A stretch of DNA of 64,000 nt from an uncultured Nitrososphaerota archaeon (GTDB lineage: Archaea; Thermoproteota; Nitrososphaeria; Nitrososphaerales; Gagatemarchaeaceae): NCBI GenBank assembly GCA_963718895.1, contig CAVRAG010000008.1, forward strand, positions 224,001 to 288,000. The letters run 5' to 3'. Below the pieces are notes generated by a model, which ran no database searches, was not told the origin of the DNA, and saw nothing but the letters and a program-made list of their open reading frames with translations. Positions 27,960-37,975 of this stretch are shown here, piece by piece. Both the position numbers and the translations under genes were made by a program. Numbering within the stretch: the first letter of the stretch is position 1; each line of letters starts with the position of its first letter.

Positions 27960-28571
27960 CTACTTCGATGCCTTCTGGAAGCGCTTCCCCACGTCTTCCC
28001 AGTTGACGACGTTCCACCAGGCCTCTACGTACTTGCCCCTGTCGTTCAGGTACTGGAGATAATATGCATGTTCCCAGACGTCACACCCGAGCAGTATCGG
28101 CAGCTCCGGCAGGTGCATGAAGTTCTGCTTCTCGACCTGGGTCAGGACGAGGGAGTCGATCTCGTGGTCGTAGAGCAGGAGCGCCCACCCAGAACCCTCG
28201 ACCGCCTTCGCGGCGTCGCTGAACTGGGCCTTGAACTTGTCGAAGGACCCGAAGTCCTGGGTGATCTTGTCGGCGAGCTTCCCGGTCGGCGCGCCGCCTC
28301 CTCCCTTCCCCGCGGCGGCCATGTTCATCCAGAAGATAGAGTGCAGCTTGTGTCCGCCGACGTTGAAGGAGAGGTCCCTGAGGGTCCCCTTGATGTCGAT
28401 CTGGAGGGTCCCTGCACGGGCCTTCTCGAGCTTGTCGAGGGCCGCGTTCGCACCCGTCACGTAGGCGTTGTGGTGCTTGTCGTGGTGCAGCGTCATGATC
28501 TGCTTCGAGATATACGGCTCGAGCGCTTCATAGGGATATGGTAACGGTGGCAGCGTGTAGGTCTTTGCCAT
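27960..28571 (-). CDS. sod: Fe/Mn superoxide dismutase
   Basis: LPYPYEALEP, HHDKHH, GGHKLHSIFW, DVWEHAYY. Confidence 0.97.
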   Translation of the reverse strand: MAKTYTLPPLPYPYEALEPYISKQIMTLHHDKHHNAYVTGANAALDKLEKARAGTLQIDIKGTLRDLSFNVGGHKLHSIFWMNMAAAGKGGGGAPTGKLADKITQDFGSFDKFKAQFSDAAKAVEGSGWALLLYDHEIDSLVLTQVEKQNFMHLPELPILLGCDVWEHAYYLQYLNDRGKYVEAWWNVVNWEDVGKRFQKASK

Positions 28572-28664
28572 GGAACGATAGGGATGACCAGGCGTTAAAA
28601 ACTTTGCATAGAATCATCCATCAGCTCATCGCACAATCGTCTTCACGTGCGAGAGAGGGGTTGA

Positions 28665-29330
28665 TCAGACCGTGAGCGACGGCTTCTCCTTCTTGGACCT
28701 GTTCCAGTCGTCGAGGAACTTCTTCAAGCCCGCGTCTGTGAGCGGGTGCATCATCATCTTCTCCATGACTTCCGGGGGCATCGTCGCTATCCCCGCGCCG
28801 AGCTTCGCGGCCTCGAGGACGTGCTGCGGGCCCCTGATGCTCGCCACGAGCACCTCGGCCTTCAGGGAGTAGTTCTGCTTGATCGCGACCAGGTCCTCGA
28901 TGACGGCCATCCCCCTCTGGCCTATGTCGTCGAGCCTACCGATGAACGGGCTGATGTAGGAGGCGCCCGCCTTGGCGGCCAGGAGGCCCTGGTTGGCGGA
29001 GAAGATCAGCGTGACGTTGACGGGTATCCCCATCGAGCTCACGGTCTTTGTGGCCCGGAGCCCCTCCGGTATCATGGGGATCTTGACGACGACGTTGGGC
29101 GCGACCTTCGAGAGGTGCTTCGCTTCGCTCACGATCCCGTCGTGGTCGGTCGAGACGACCTCGGCGCTGACGGGTCCGTTGACCTCCTTGCAGATCGCTG
29201 CGACTATCTCCTCGAAGACGCCCGGCTCCTTCGCGACAAGGGAAGGGTTGGTGGTCACGCCGTCCACTAGGCCCATCTGGTTGTACTTCCTTATCGCTGC
29301 CAGGTTGGCGGTGTCGAGGTAGAACTTCAT
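28665..29330 (-). CDS. tal: transaldolase (fsa/TalC type)
   Basis: YLDTAN, GVTTNPSL, VVKIP, SPFIGRLDD, ASIR. Confidence 0.92.
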   Translation of the reverse strand: MKFYLDTANLAAIRKYNQMGLVDGVTTNPSLVAKEPGVFEEIVAAICKEVNGPVSAEVVSTDHDGIVSEAKHLSKVAPNVVVKIPMIPEGLRATKTVSSMGIPVNVTLIFSANQGLLAAKAGASYISPFIGRLDDIGQRGMAVIEDLVAIKQNYSLKAEVLVASIRGPQHVLEAAKLGAGIATMPPEVMEKMMMHPLTDAGLKKFLDDWNRSKKEKPSLTV

Positions 29331-29420
29331 CGTTCTCCGCGAGGGCCGATTTTTCTATTTAAGTGCTAGCCAAGGCCGCCGATGGACCTTATCTACCGCG
29401 AGGGCCGCATCCCGCGCTGC

Positions 29421-29990
29421 ATGAACAAGGTCATCGAGGCCATCGCTTCGCGGAGGACGGTCAAGAGGATGGACGCCGACAGGGCGCCGTCGCGCGCCGA
29501 CGTCGAGGCCGTCATCGAGGCGGCGACCTGGGCCCCGAACCACCACATGACCGAGCCCTGGAGGTTCGTCGTGCTCGAGGACGGCGCCCGGATGAGGCTG
29601 GGGCAGGCGCTCGCCGCGGCCCTGGCCGCCTCGTCCGCCGAGCCGATCCTGGAGGAGCGGCTCCGGAAGGAGAGGGAGAAGCCTCTCTCGTCGCCCGTGA
29701 TCATCGCGCTGATAGGGGTGCCCGGGAGGGGGGAGAACATCGTCGCCCAGGAGGAGGTAGTCGCCGCGGGCGCCGCTCTGCAGAACATGCTGCTCGCAGC
29801 CCACTCGCTCGGGCTGGCGACCTCGGTGAGGACCGGCGCGCACTCCTATTCGGAAGGGATCAGGACCTTCTTCGAGATGAGCGAAGGCGAGAGTCTCATC
29901 GCGATGGTCCACGTCGGGTACGGGTACGGGGCGGTCCCCCCCGGGAGGCGCACGCCCTTTCGTGAGAAGGTCACCTGGGTCACTGGCTGA
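29421..29990 (+). CDS. nitroreductase family protein
   Basis: SRRTVK, WAPNHHMTEPWRF, QNMLLAAHSLGL. Confidence 0.9.
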   Translation: MNKVIEAIASRRTVKRMDADRAPSRADVEAVIEAATWAPNHHMTEPWRFVVLEDGARMRLGQALAAALAASSAEPILEERLRKEREKPLSSPVIIALIGVPGRGENIVAQEEVVAAGAALQNMLLAAHSLGLATSVRTGAHSYSEGIRTFFEMSEGESLIAMVHVGYGYGAVPPGRRTPFREKVTWVTG

Positions 29991-30000
29991 AGGTCGCGCC

Positions 30001-32610
30001 TCAGTTCTCTGCTTCGGGGTCTTCGGGGACAGTCTTCCGCTGGCTCAGTTTCGACGGCCACCAGTTGAACCTCTCCGCTATGCCCATGAGCGCGGGGACG
30101 AAGAACAGTATGACGACCCCCACGTCTATCACCACGGCGGCCGCGACCACGAAGCCGATCTCGCCAGCAGGGCGATGTCGGTGGCTACGAACGAGGAGAA
30201 GACCGTGGCGAGCACGAGTCCCAAGCCCGAAGATGGTGACCCAGGTCTTCTGGAGCGCCGTCTTTATGGCGTCGTCGTCGGTCTTCCCCTTCAGAGCCTC
30301 CTCCCTTATCCTGGTGACGAAGAAGATGTCGTAGTCGATGCCCACCCCGAGCATGGTCACGACGACGAAGAGCGGCGCGAAGTCGAGTATCGGGAGGCCC
30401 TGGACGTAGAAGAAGACCAGGGCTAGCAGGGCGGACGAGAAGACCACGCTGCAGAGGATCGTGAGGACCAGCCGCACCGGAGTGAAGGCAGACCTCAGCT
30501 GGATGAAGAGTATCACGTAGATCGCCGCAGCGAGGACGACCACGACCTCGGGCAGTATCCCGTTCAGGAAGGACTGGTTGTCGTAGGTGGACTGCGTGGT
30601 CCCGCCGTAGTAGACGGTGACGCCCCCGACCATCGACAGCCTCCCGATCGACGACTCTACCTTGAGGAGGGTGTCTGATCGCCGCCTGGCTCTGCGCGTC
30701 GCTCTGCAGGCCTACCTGGTATCTGTGCAGTCTCGTTGTTCAGCGCCGATGTCGGAGAGCATCCCGGCAAGGTACTGCGACTGCTCAGGCTGGGGGAGCT
30801 GCAGGACCCCCGTGTAGTTGAACGGCGAGCCGTAGGGCCGCGTCGGCCCGGTGACCGAGACGACCCCGCCCGACCGAGGCCGCTGCCGAGCTGATCGCGT
30901 CCAGCTGCTTCATCAGCGTCTGGTTGAACTGGCCGCATCCGGAGAGGATCGGAGTCGTGGTCGTGACCACGATTATCGCTGGGTCGGTCGTCGAGCTGCC
31001 CAGGTTGTCGGTGAGGACGGTCAGTCCGTGGTTGCTCGGGAAGTCGGGGAAGAGCTTGAGGATGTCGGCCCCGCTCGGCGTGCTCAGAGTGACGTAGAAG
31101 GCGCCGACCGCGAGCGCGGATCACGACCACGACGACCGCGAACTTCCGCCTCAAGGTCCGCTCGCCCATCCTCCTCAGCCTGCTGTACCTCCGGCTGCTC
31201 GCCCTCTTCTTCTGGATCTTCAGTCCGGGCCAGAACAGCCGGTCCTTGAGCGCGAGCTCAAGCGAGGGGAGAAGCGTGAGCGCCGCTGCGATGAGTATCG
31301 AGACGGCTATGGCTATCGCCGTCCCGACGCCGCTGAAGAGCGGGACGTTCGCGACGGCCATCACGACGTAGGCGACGACGACCGTGACACCCGCGGTGAG
31401 GACCGCCTGGCCCGCCCAGCGCATGGATATGGCGACGCTCTCCTCGGTCGAGGCGCCCTTGATCCTCTCCTCCCTGGTCCTTCGGAGCTGGAGCACAGAG
31501 TAGTCGACCGCCAGGCCCAGCACGAGGAGAACCGTCAGCGATGGGGTGAGGAAGGTCAGCGTCCCGTGACCGACGTCGACGACACCGTAGTAGATCACCG
31601 GAAGCCCGATAGCTATCGCTATCCCCCCGACCAGGACCGGGATGATCGCGGCGAGGGGGGCGAGGAGCAGCAGCCCGACGATGGCGAGTGAGGCCAGAAC
31701 GCCCGGGACTATGGTCACCCCGATCACCGGCCCGAAGACCTTCGTGATGTCCGAGGTGAGCACGGCGCCTCCGGTGACGTAGTACGTCCCGAGCGAGGGG
31801 ACGCTCGAGCCCGAGATGTCGGCCCTGAAGGCGGCGATCATCTTGTCGGTGGGCGGGACCGCGAAGTTGTACACCACGATCATCGTCCCGTTGTCTGGGC
31901 TGACGAGACTCCTCGTGATCGAGCGGGACAGGATCAGGGGATACTGGGGATAGCTCTCTCCGGTGACGACCTTGTCGATCCCCGCCCTGACCTGCGACGG
32001 GCTGTAGCCCGAGCTGAACGAAGAGAGGAAGGAGGCCAGCGAGGACTCCCTTGCCGTGAAGAGAGGCGAGGACGCGAACGAGGCCGCGGTCGCGTTGGCG
32101 ACCATCGAGGACGCGACGTCCCAGGTCGGAGGCGAAGCAGGCGAAGACCCTGCCGACGGAGGCGGCCAGGGTCGCGTTGAGCTGGGCGACCTGCGGGAGG
32201 AGGGAGGGGACGACGGAGTCAAGGAAGGAGTACTCCGTCGAGTACAGGCTGTCCATCCCGGTGAAGCTCGACGAGAGTGCGGGGTCGGAGGCGAGCGACC
32301 GGTTCAGCCCCAGCAGAGCGGACTGCGTCGCCGATGAGTACATCTGTTTGTTCTGGAGCACCACTATTATGCCGTTGCCGCCCGTGTTGTTCGCAGAGGG
32401 GAACTGCGCGGCGATGATGTTCTGGGCCAGCTGCGACTCTGCGTTCGTCGGCCCCCCGAAGTTGGAGCCCGCGACGTTGTAGGAGACCGCCCCGAAGAAC
32501 GTCGGAATCTGGGTGCCGAAGACCACCAGCGCGACTATCCATGCGACGAGGACGAGCTTGTACCTCCTCTTGAGGAAGGAGCTCAGGAAGTCGAACCGCG
32601 ATTCCGGCAA
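30001..32610 (-). CDS. MMPL/RND family transporter (several frameshifts)
   Basis: YVTGGAV, GLAVDYS, GVGIDYDIF..TRIREE across ORFs 31258..32610, 30657..32222, 30001..30633. Confidence 0.85.
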
Positions 32611-32683
32611 GAAGCTGAGGCGGTCCGACGACCCGATTTAAGTTTTGACGGGGATGGCGGTGTGAGGATGGTGGTCGCGTCGA

Positions 32684-33644
32684 TCAGAGCGAGGGCTTCC
32701 TCGCGACCATCACGGCCTCCTCTATCTTCTCGGCCGTAAGGCCGTACTTCTCGAAGAGCTCTTGCGCCTCGCCGCTCTCCCCGAACCTGTCCTTGACGCC
32801 GACCCTGATGACCTTGACGGGGTGGTCTTCGGTGACGACCTCGCAGATCGCCGACCCTAGCCCTCCCAGGACGTTGTGCTCCTCCGCGGTCACTATCGAG
32901 CCGCACTGCCTGGCGTACTTCCTGACGAGCTCCTCGTCGATCGGTTTGACGGTGTGAGAGTCGATTACGGCCGCCTCGATGCCCTTCGCCTTTAGGGACT
33001 CCGCCGCACGAAGCGCCACGGCGACCAGCATCCCGCAGGCGAATATCGCGCAGTCGCTCCCGTCCCTCAGGACGTTCGCCTTGCCGAGCTTGTAATCGAA
33101 GCCCTCTTCGTAGATCACCGGGACGGACGAGCCCTTCACCATCCCTCTCGTGATCCGGACGTAGAACGGTCCCGGGATGTCGGCGATCGCCTTCACTATC
33201 CCCTTGGCGGAGACCGAGTCCGAGGGCACGACGACCCTCATCCTGGGGATTGCCCTGATGATGGCGCAGGTCCTCCAGCTGCTGGTGGGAGGCGCCGTCG
33301 GGCCCGACCGAGATGCCTCCGTGGGAGCAGATCAGCTTGACGTCGAGATTGGCGTAGGCGATGATGTTCCGTATCTGATCGACGCACTTTCCGGGGACGA
33401 AGATCGCGTAGGTCCCTGCGTAGGCGGTCTTCCCTGCGAGCGCCAGCCCTGCGGCGACCCCGAGGAGGTTCTGCTCGGCGATCCCCACGTTGAAGAACCG
33501 CTCGGGGAACTTCGCGCCGAACATACCGGACTTTATCGACTCGGTCGTGTCCGCCCCCAGGACCACGACGTTGGGGTGCGTCTCCCCCAGCTCCACCAGG
33601 GCCTCGCCATAGGCGCTCCGCATCGAAGCCAGCTTCTCTAGCAT
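32684..33644 (-). CDS. transketolase C-terminal subunit (frameshift near 33267)
   Basis: NVGIAEQN, GPDGASHQ, TVKPID, EEHNVLGGLG. Confidence 0.92.
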
Positions 33645-34336
33645 CAGCGGTCACCCCTCGCGTCGAGGGCCTTCGCCCTAAGCTCTCCGATCGCCTTCAC
33701 CGGGTCGGGTCTGCCGTAGACCCCGGCTCCGGCGACGAAGACGTTCCCGCCGAGCCTGGCGACTTCGCCTATGTTGCTCTCGTCAATCCCCCCGTCGACC
33801 TCGATGTCCAACTTGAGTCCCCTCTCGGCCGCCAGCGCGCTCAACTTCTCGATCTTCGGGAAGACCCGTCTGTCCATCGTCTGGCCGCTGAATCCGGGAT
33901 TGACCGTGAGCAGGAGCAGCGCGCTGAGCCGGTCGAGCCTCTCCTCGGCCCAGGCCGGGAGCTGCGTCTCGGGTTTCAGGGCGAGCCCCATCTCCTTCCC
34001 TTTCGAGCGGACCGCCGCGTGGACCAGGTCGAAGGCGGCGGCGTCGAGGGCCTCGGCCTGGAAGGTCAGGAGGTCCGACCCTGCCTCGATGAACCTCTCC
34101 GCGTACATACGGGGGTCGGTGATCATTAGATGCGTGTCGAACTTCATCCTTGACCGCGGGCGGAGCGCCTTGACCGTCCCCGGACCGAAGGTGATGTTCG
34201 GGGCGAACCTTCCGTCGATGACGTCGAGGTGTATCTGGTCGGCTCCGCCCCTGGAGGCGATGTCCAGGCCCTCTCCCAGGTCGCTGAGGTCGTAGGCGAG
34301 GATCGAAGGGGCGATCCTGATTGGTCTCGTGGTCAT
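33644..34336 (-). CDS. rpe: ribulose-phosphate 3-epimerase
   Basis: IAPSIL, HLDVIDGRFAPNITFG, DTHLM, VNPGFSGQ, VDGGI; own ATG at 34336. Confidence 0.92.
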   Translation of the reverse strand: MTTRPIRIAPSILAYDLSDLGEGLDIASRGGADQIHLDVIDGRFAPNITFGPGTVKALRPRSRMKFDTHLMITDPRMYAERFIEAGSDLLTFQAEALDAAAFDLVHAAVRSKGKEMGLALKPETQLPAWAEERLDRLSALLLLTVNPGFSGQTMDRRVFPKIEKLSALAAERGLKLDIEVDGGIDESNIGEVARLGGNVFVAGAGVYGRPDPVKAIGELRAKALDARGDR

Positions 34337-35152
34337 TTCAGCTCGTTGTAGATGTCGGTCATCTCGGTCCTTGGAGGGAGGTGTCCCGTGGTAAGTCGGC
34401 GACCACTCCATGAAAGAGATCCCCTTCCCCTTGACCGTGTGGGCGATGATTATGGTCGGCCTGTGCTTCGTCATCTCGGCGTTGTCGAACGCGTCGATGA
34501 GCTGCAGGTAGTCGTAGCCGTCCACCTCGATGACGTTCCAGTTGAACGCCCGCCACTTGGAGGCGAGCGGCTCCAGAGGCATTATCTGCTCCGTCAGGCC
34601 GTCCTGCTGGATCCCGTTCCTGTCGATTATGGCGGTAAGGTTGTCGAGCTTGAACTTCGTCGCGGACATCGCCGCCTCCCAGACCTCGCCCTCCTGCTGC
34701 TCCCCGTCCCCCATGAGCACGTAGGTGCGGTAGCCCTTGCCGTCGATCTTGGCGGCGAGCGCCTCCCCGACGCCGACCGAGAGGCCTATGCCCTCCGACC
34801 CCGCGGGCATCTCCACCCCGGGGATCCTGAGGTCAGGGTGCCCCTGGAGAAGGGCTCCGAGCTTGCGGAGCGACTGCAGCTCCTGGGCGGGGAAGTATCC
34901 GGCCTCGGCGAGGATCGAGTAGAGCAGGGGCGCGGCGTGGCCCTTGCTGAGGATGAAACGGTCCCGGTCCGGCCAGTGCGGGTTCTTCGGGTCGTGCTTC
35001 ATCTTGTAGAAGTAGAGGGTGACCAGCAGCTCGACGGCCGAGAGCGATCCGCCTGGGTGACCCGAGCCGGCCTCCGCGAGCGTCCCGAGAATGAGCTTCC
35101 TGGTGTTCCTCGATATCTCCTGGAGTCTGGCGGCCTCCCGGGCTATCTCCAT
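34333..35152 (-). CDS. transketolase N-terminal subunit (extra base near 34366 makes an artefactual fusion to rpe)
   Basis: SGHPGGSLS, DRFILSKGHA, GDGEQQEG, TVKGKG; corrected end KDEMTDIYNELK* overlaps the rpe start (ATGA). Confidence 0.92.
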
Positions 35153-35156
35153 CTCG

Positions 35157-36191
35157 CTATCTCCTCACTGGCGCCTGCGAGATCCGCTGTAAAAAGTCCC
35201 CCACCGCGTCGAACCCCGACTGGAAGTCCGCCACCGTCAGCGCGACGTTTCTGGCCTTGTCGGACCTGAGGGGACCTGCGATGTTGCTGAGGCAGGCGGC
35301 CTCGGTGATCGAGCCTCCGGCGGCGACCCCGAGAGCGAAGACTCCCGTCATCGCGTCCCTCACCCCGACCTTGCTGAAGAAGTTCCGCCTCCCGTAGATC
35401 GGCGGGAAGTTCGTGATCTGGTCCTTCTCGAAGACGGTCATCCCCTGCTCGCCCCGCGTGATTAGCATCCCCTTGCAATCGAGCCTCTGCATGATGTTGA
35501 CGCACATGTTGCGGAGGCTGGTCTCGTTCACGATGTTCATCCCGGTGGCGTGGGTGGCCTCCTCGATGTTCGACTTGACGTAGGTCACACCCGAGAAGTC
35601 CAGGTAGTGGCGCATCTTGGGCTGAGCTACGACGATCTTCTTGGACTCCTTGGCAGCGGAGACGACCCCGTCTATCAGGATCGGGCTGATCACGCCCCTG
35701 TCGTAGTCAGAGAGCACCACGGCGTTCACCTGCGGGATCTCGACCTTCGAGGCCTCGACGAAGGCCCTCATCGTGACCGGCGGGACGTCCTTGCGCGTCT
35801 CCTGGTCGATCCTGAGGTAGTGAAGCCTGTTGACCATTATCCACGTGCGAAGCGAGGTGGGCCTGTTCTTGTCGATCGCGATCCCGGTGGTTCCGATCCC
35901 GTTCCTCTGGAGGTCCTCCGTGAGCCACTGGCCCTGGGCGTCGTCGCCGACCACCCCGAGCACGCTCACGTTCGCGCCGAGCGAGGTGAGCTCCCTTGCG
36001 AGGTTCGCGGCGCCTCCGGGAAGCCGGAGCTCGCTGACGTAGTCGCCAGCGGGCACCGGGGCCTCTCTGGCCAGCTTGCGAGCCGAGACCTCCACGAACC
36101 TGCTCACTATGAGGTCGCCGATCACGAGCATGTGTTTGCCCTGGAACTTTGCCACGAGAGAAGTGAGACCCTCGACCGACATGTTATCCAT
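35157..36191 (-). CDS. PfkB-family sugar kinase, RfaE/HldE kinase-domain-like
   Basis: LVIGDL, LAREAPVP, PGGAANLA, LRIDQE, LSDYDRG, TRGEQGM. Confidence 0.8.
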   Translation of the reverse strand: MDNMSVEGLTSLVAKFQGKHMLVIGDLIVSRFVEVSARKLAREAPVPAGDYVSELRLPGGAANLARELTSLGANVSVLGVVGDDAQGQWLTEDLQRNGIGTTGIAIDKNRPTSLRTWIMVNRLHYLRIDQETRKDVPPVTMRAFVEASKVEIPQVNAVVLSDYDRGVISPILIDGVVSAAKESKKIVVAQPKMRHYLDFSGVTYVKSNIEEATHATGMNIVNETSLRNMCVNIMQRLDCKGMLITRGEQGMTVFEKDQITNFPPIYGRRNFFSKVGVRDAMTGVFALGVAAGGSITEAACLSNIAGPLRSDKARNVALTVADFQSGFDAVGDFLQRISQAPVRR

Positions 36192-36303
36192 GATGACCGC
36201 AGACCCTCTCGTTTCTTGCTCCCGCGCGACCTCATTTTAAGACTTTGGTGAGGGACCGAATCCGGGCTAGACCCCGCGAGCCTCCCGCCTCGCTGCTCCC
36301 TCG

Positions 36304-36842
36304 CTAGTGGTCGGTGGCGCGCCCTGTCTTCTCCTTTCCTTCCTTCTCTTCCTTCCACTTTTCTTCGAGGAGGGCGCCCAGCACGACCACGGCCTTGCTG
36401 ATCTCCCTCTGCATCGCGAGGGGGTCGTAGTTCTTCGGAGTCTTGTACTCGAGGAAGCGCGAACTCGGGTCGAGTTCAAGGAACCCCTTGTTGGCCTCGA
36501 AGAGCGAGAGGAGGGTCGGGCCGTCGAGCTTCCTCAGGTCCGACCGCCAGGAGTGGTGGAACCCTTTCTCGCTCACGAAGGTCACCTTGACGTTACCTTC
36601 CGCCTCCTCGCGGATGCTGTTCCAGAAGTCCGTCGAGACCGCCTCCTCCTGGACCTCCCCGCCTTTGAGGCGCCTCTCGAAGCGCTTCGCCCTCCTGGTC
36701 ACCTGGCTCTCGCTGATCTCGAAGCGGGTCGCGACCTCCGCGGGCGGTCATGCCCAGCTTCGTCAGGTAGAAGCAGCCCTCGTCGAGGATTGACTGGTCT
36801 ATAGCCTCCCGGCGACCGGTCGGGGTCTTGCGCGTAGCCAAC
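36304..36842 (-). CDS. hypothetical protein with probable HTH (frameshift near 36743)
   Basis: Joined reading ...LTKLGMTAAEVATRFEISESQVTRRAKRF continues into ORF 36304..36702. Confidence 0.55.
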
Positions 36843-36979
36843 TTCTCACCGCCGCTCTTGCCCGGAGGGATATACGTTGTTCTCGGACGAGCGGTAGCAC
36901 CCGTGCGGGCGGACGCGGGCACCCGCCACCGGACGGTCCCGTCCTTCCGTGAACCTCTCCCGGATGCCCCGGTGGTGGA

Positions 36980-37975
36980 TCACTTGATGAACGAGGCCGC
37001 GAACGCATAGCGGTTCGCACGAAGTATGTCGTCGTCGTTCAGGATTCCGTTCCGCAACAGGAAGTCGATCTCTCCCCTGAGGTTGGTCATGAGCATCTCG
37101 GGTCCGTCGGTGTTGATCGTGTACTTGATGTGGTGGGACTCGAGCGACCTGAAGATCTGCTTCATGTGCCCAACCCCCTTTACGACGCGGGTGTTGAGGT
37201 TCGAGGACGGGCAGACCTCCAACGTGATCCCCCTCTCCCGCACCATCTGGAGCGTCCTGTCGTTCTCTATGGACCGGATCCCGTGCCCGATCCTGTCGGG
37301 CTCGAGGTAGCGTATCACTTCCCTCACGGAGTTGTGCCCCTCGTCCTCGCCGGCGTGGACCGTCAGGCCCAGCCCCTCGCTCCGGGCGCGCTTGAACAGG
37401 TCCTTGCACTCGGAGTAGTGGAACTTGTCGCTGTGGGGGCCCGCGATGTCTATCCCAACCACCCCCCTGCTCTGGTAGCGGAGGGCCTTCTCGAGGAGAA
37501 TCTCGTTCTGCGAGCGGCTGAACGTCCTGTCGAGGCAGACTATGAGTCCGGTGCGGACCGGGTACTCCAGGGACGACCTGTCGATCCCGCGGATCGCGGC
37601 CATCATGATCTGATCCAGGTCCTGTTCCCCTCCCCTGTTCCTCTTCATGGGGTTGAAGCGGAGCTCGAGTAGCGTGATGTTGTTCTTCCTGTACGCCCCG
37701 GCTATGGTGTGGTAGACCGACTGTTCTATGGCGAGCGGGCTCGACTGGATCAGCTCCGTCCACTTGAACATCTGGAGGTAGTCCTCGAAGGACTTGACCT
37801 TGCGGGGGTTGACCGTGATCATGTCGACGAACCGCCAGTAGTCCTTGGTCGGGAGCTTGATTCCCTGGGCGTGGGCGATCTCCCACATCACCGCCGGGTC
37901 CACCGAGCTGCCGAGGTGGACGTGGAGCTCCGCGAGCTTCGTCTGGGGACCGAGGAAAGCTGGCATCTTGGTCAC
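36980..37975 (-). CDS. add: adenosine deaminase family protein
   Basis: ELHVHLGSS, GIDIAG, HAGE, RIGHG, CPSSN, NTDG. Confidence 0.9.
   Translation of the reverse strand: MTKMPAFLGPQTKLAELHVHLGSSVDPAVMWEIAHAQGIKLPTKDYWRFVDMITVNPRKVKSFEDYLQMFKWTELIQSSPLAIEQSVYHTIAGAYRKNNITLLELRFNPMKRNRGGEQDLDQIMMAAIRGIDRSSLEYPVRTGLIVCLDRTFSRSQNEILLEKALRYQSRGVVGIDIAGPHSDKFHYSECKDLFKRARSEGLGLTVHAGEDEGHNSVREVIRYLEPDRIGHGIRSIENDRTLQMVRERGITLEVCPSSNLNTRVVKGVGHMKQIFRSLESHHIKYTINTDGPEMLMTNLRGEIDFLLRNGILNDDDILRANRYAFAASFIK

Noticed and set aside
28610-28665. Box C/D-like words (GTGAAGA, CTGA, ATGAT) between tal and sod
   Set aside because: No terminal box D at the proper spacing and no guide target identified.
33644-35152. 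Apparent transketolase-N/Rpe fusion protein (502 aa)
   Set aside because: Removing one C near 34366 gives KDEMTDIYNELK* with an ATGA overlap onto the rpe start, so the fusion is most likely an artefact.
36850-36979. GC-rich hairpins downstream of add
   Set aside because: Several competing stems are expected at this GC content; no recognisable RNA family motif.
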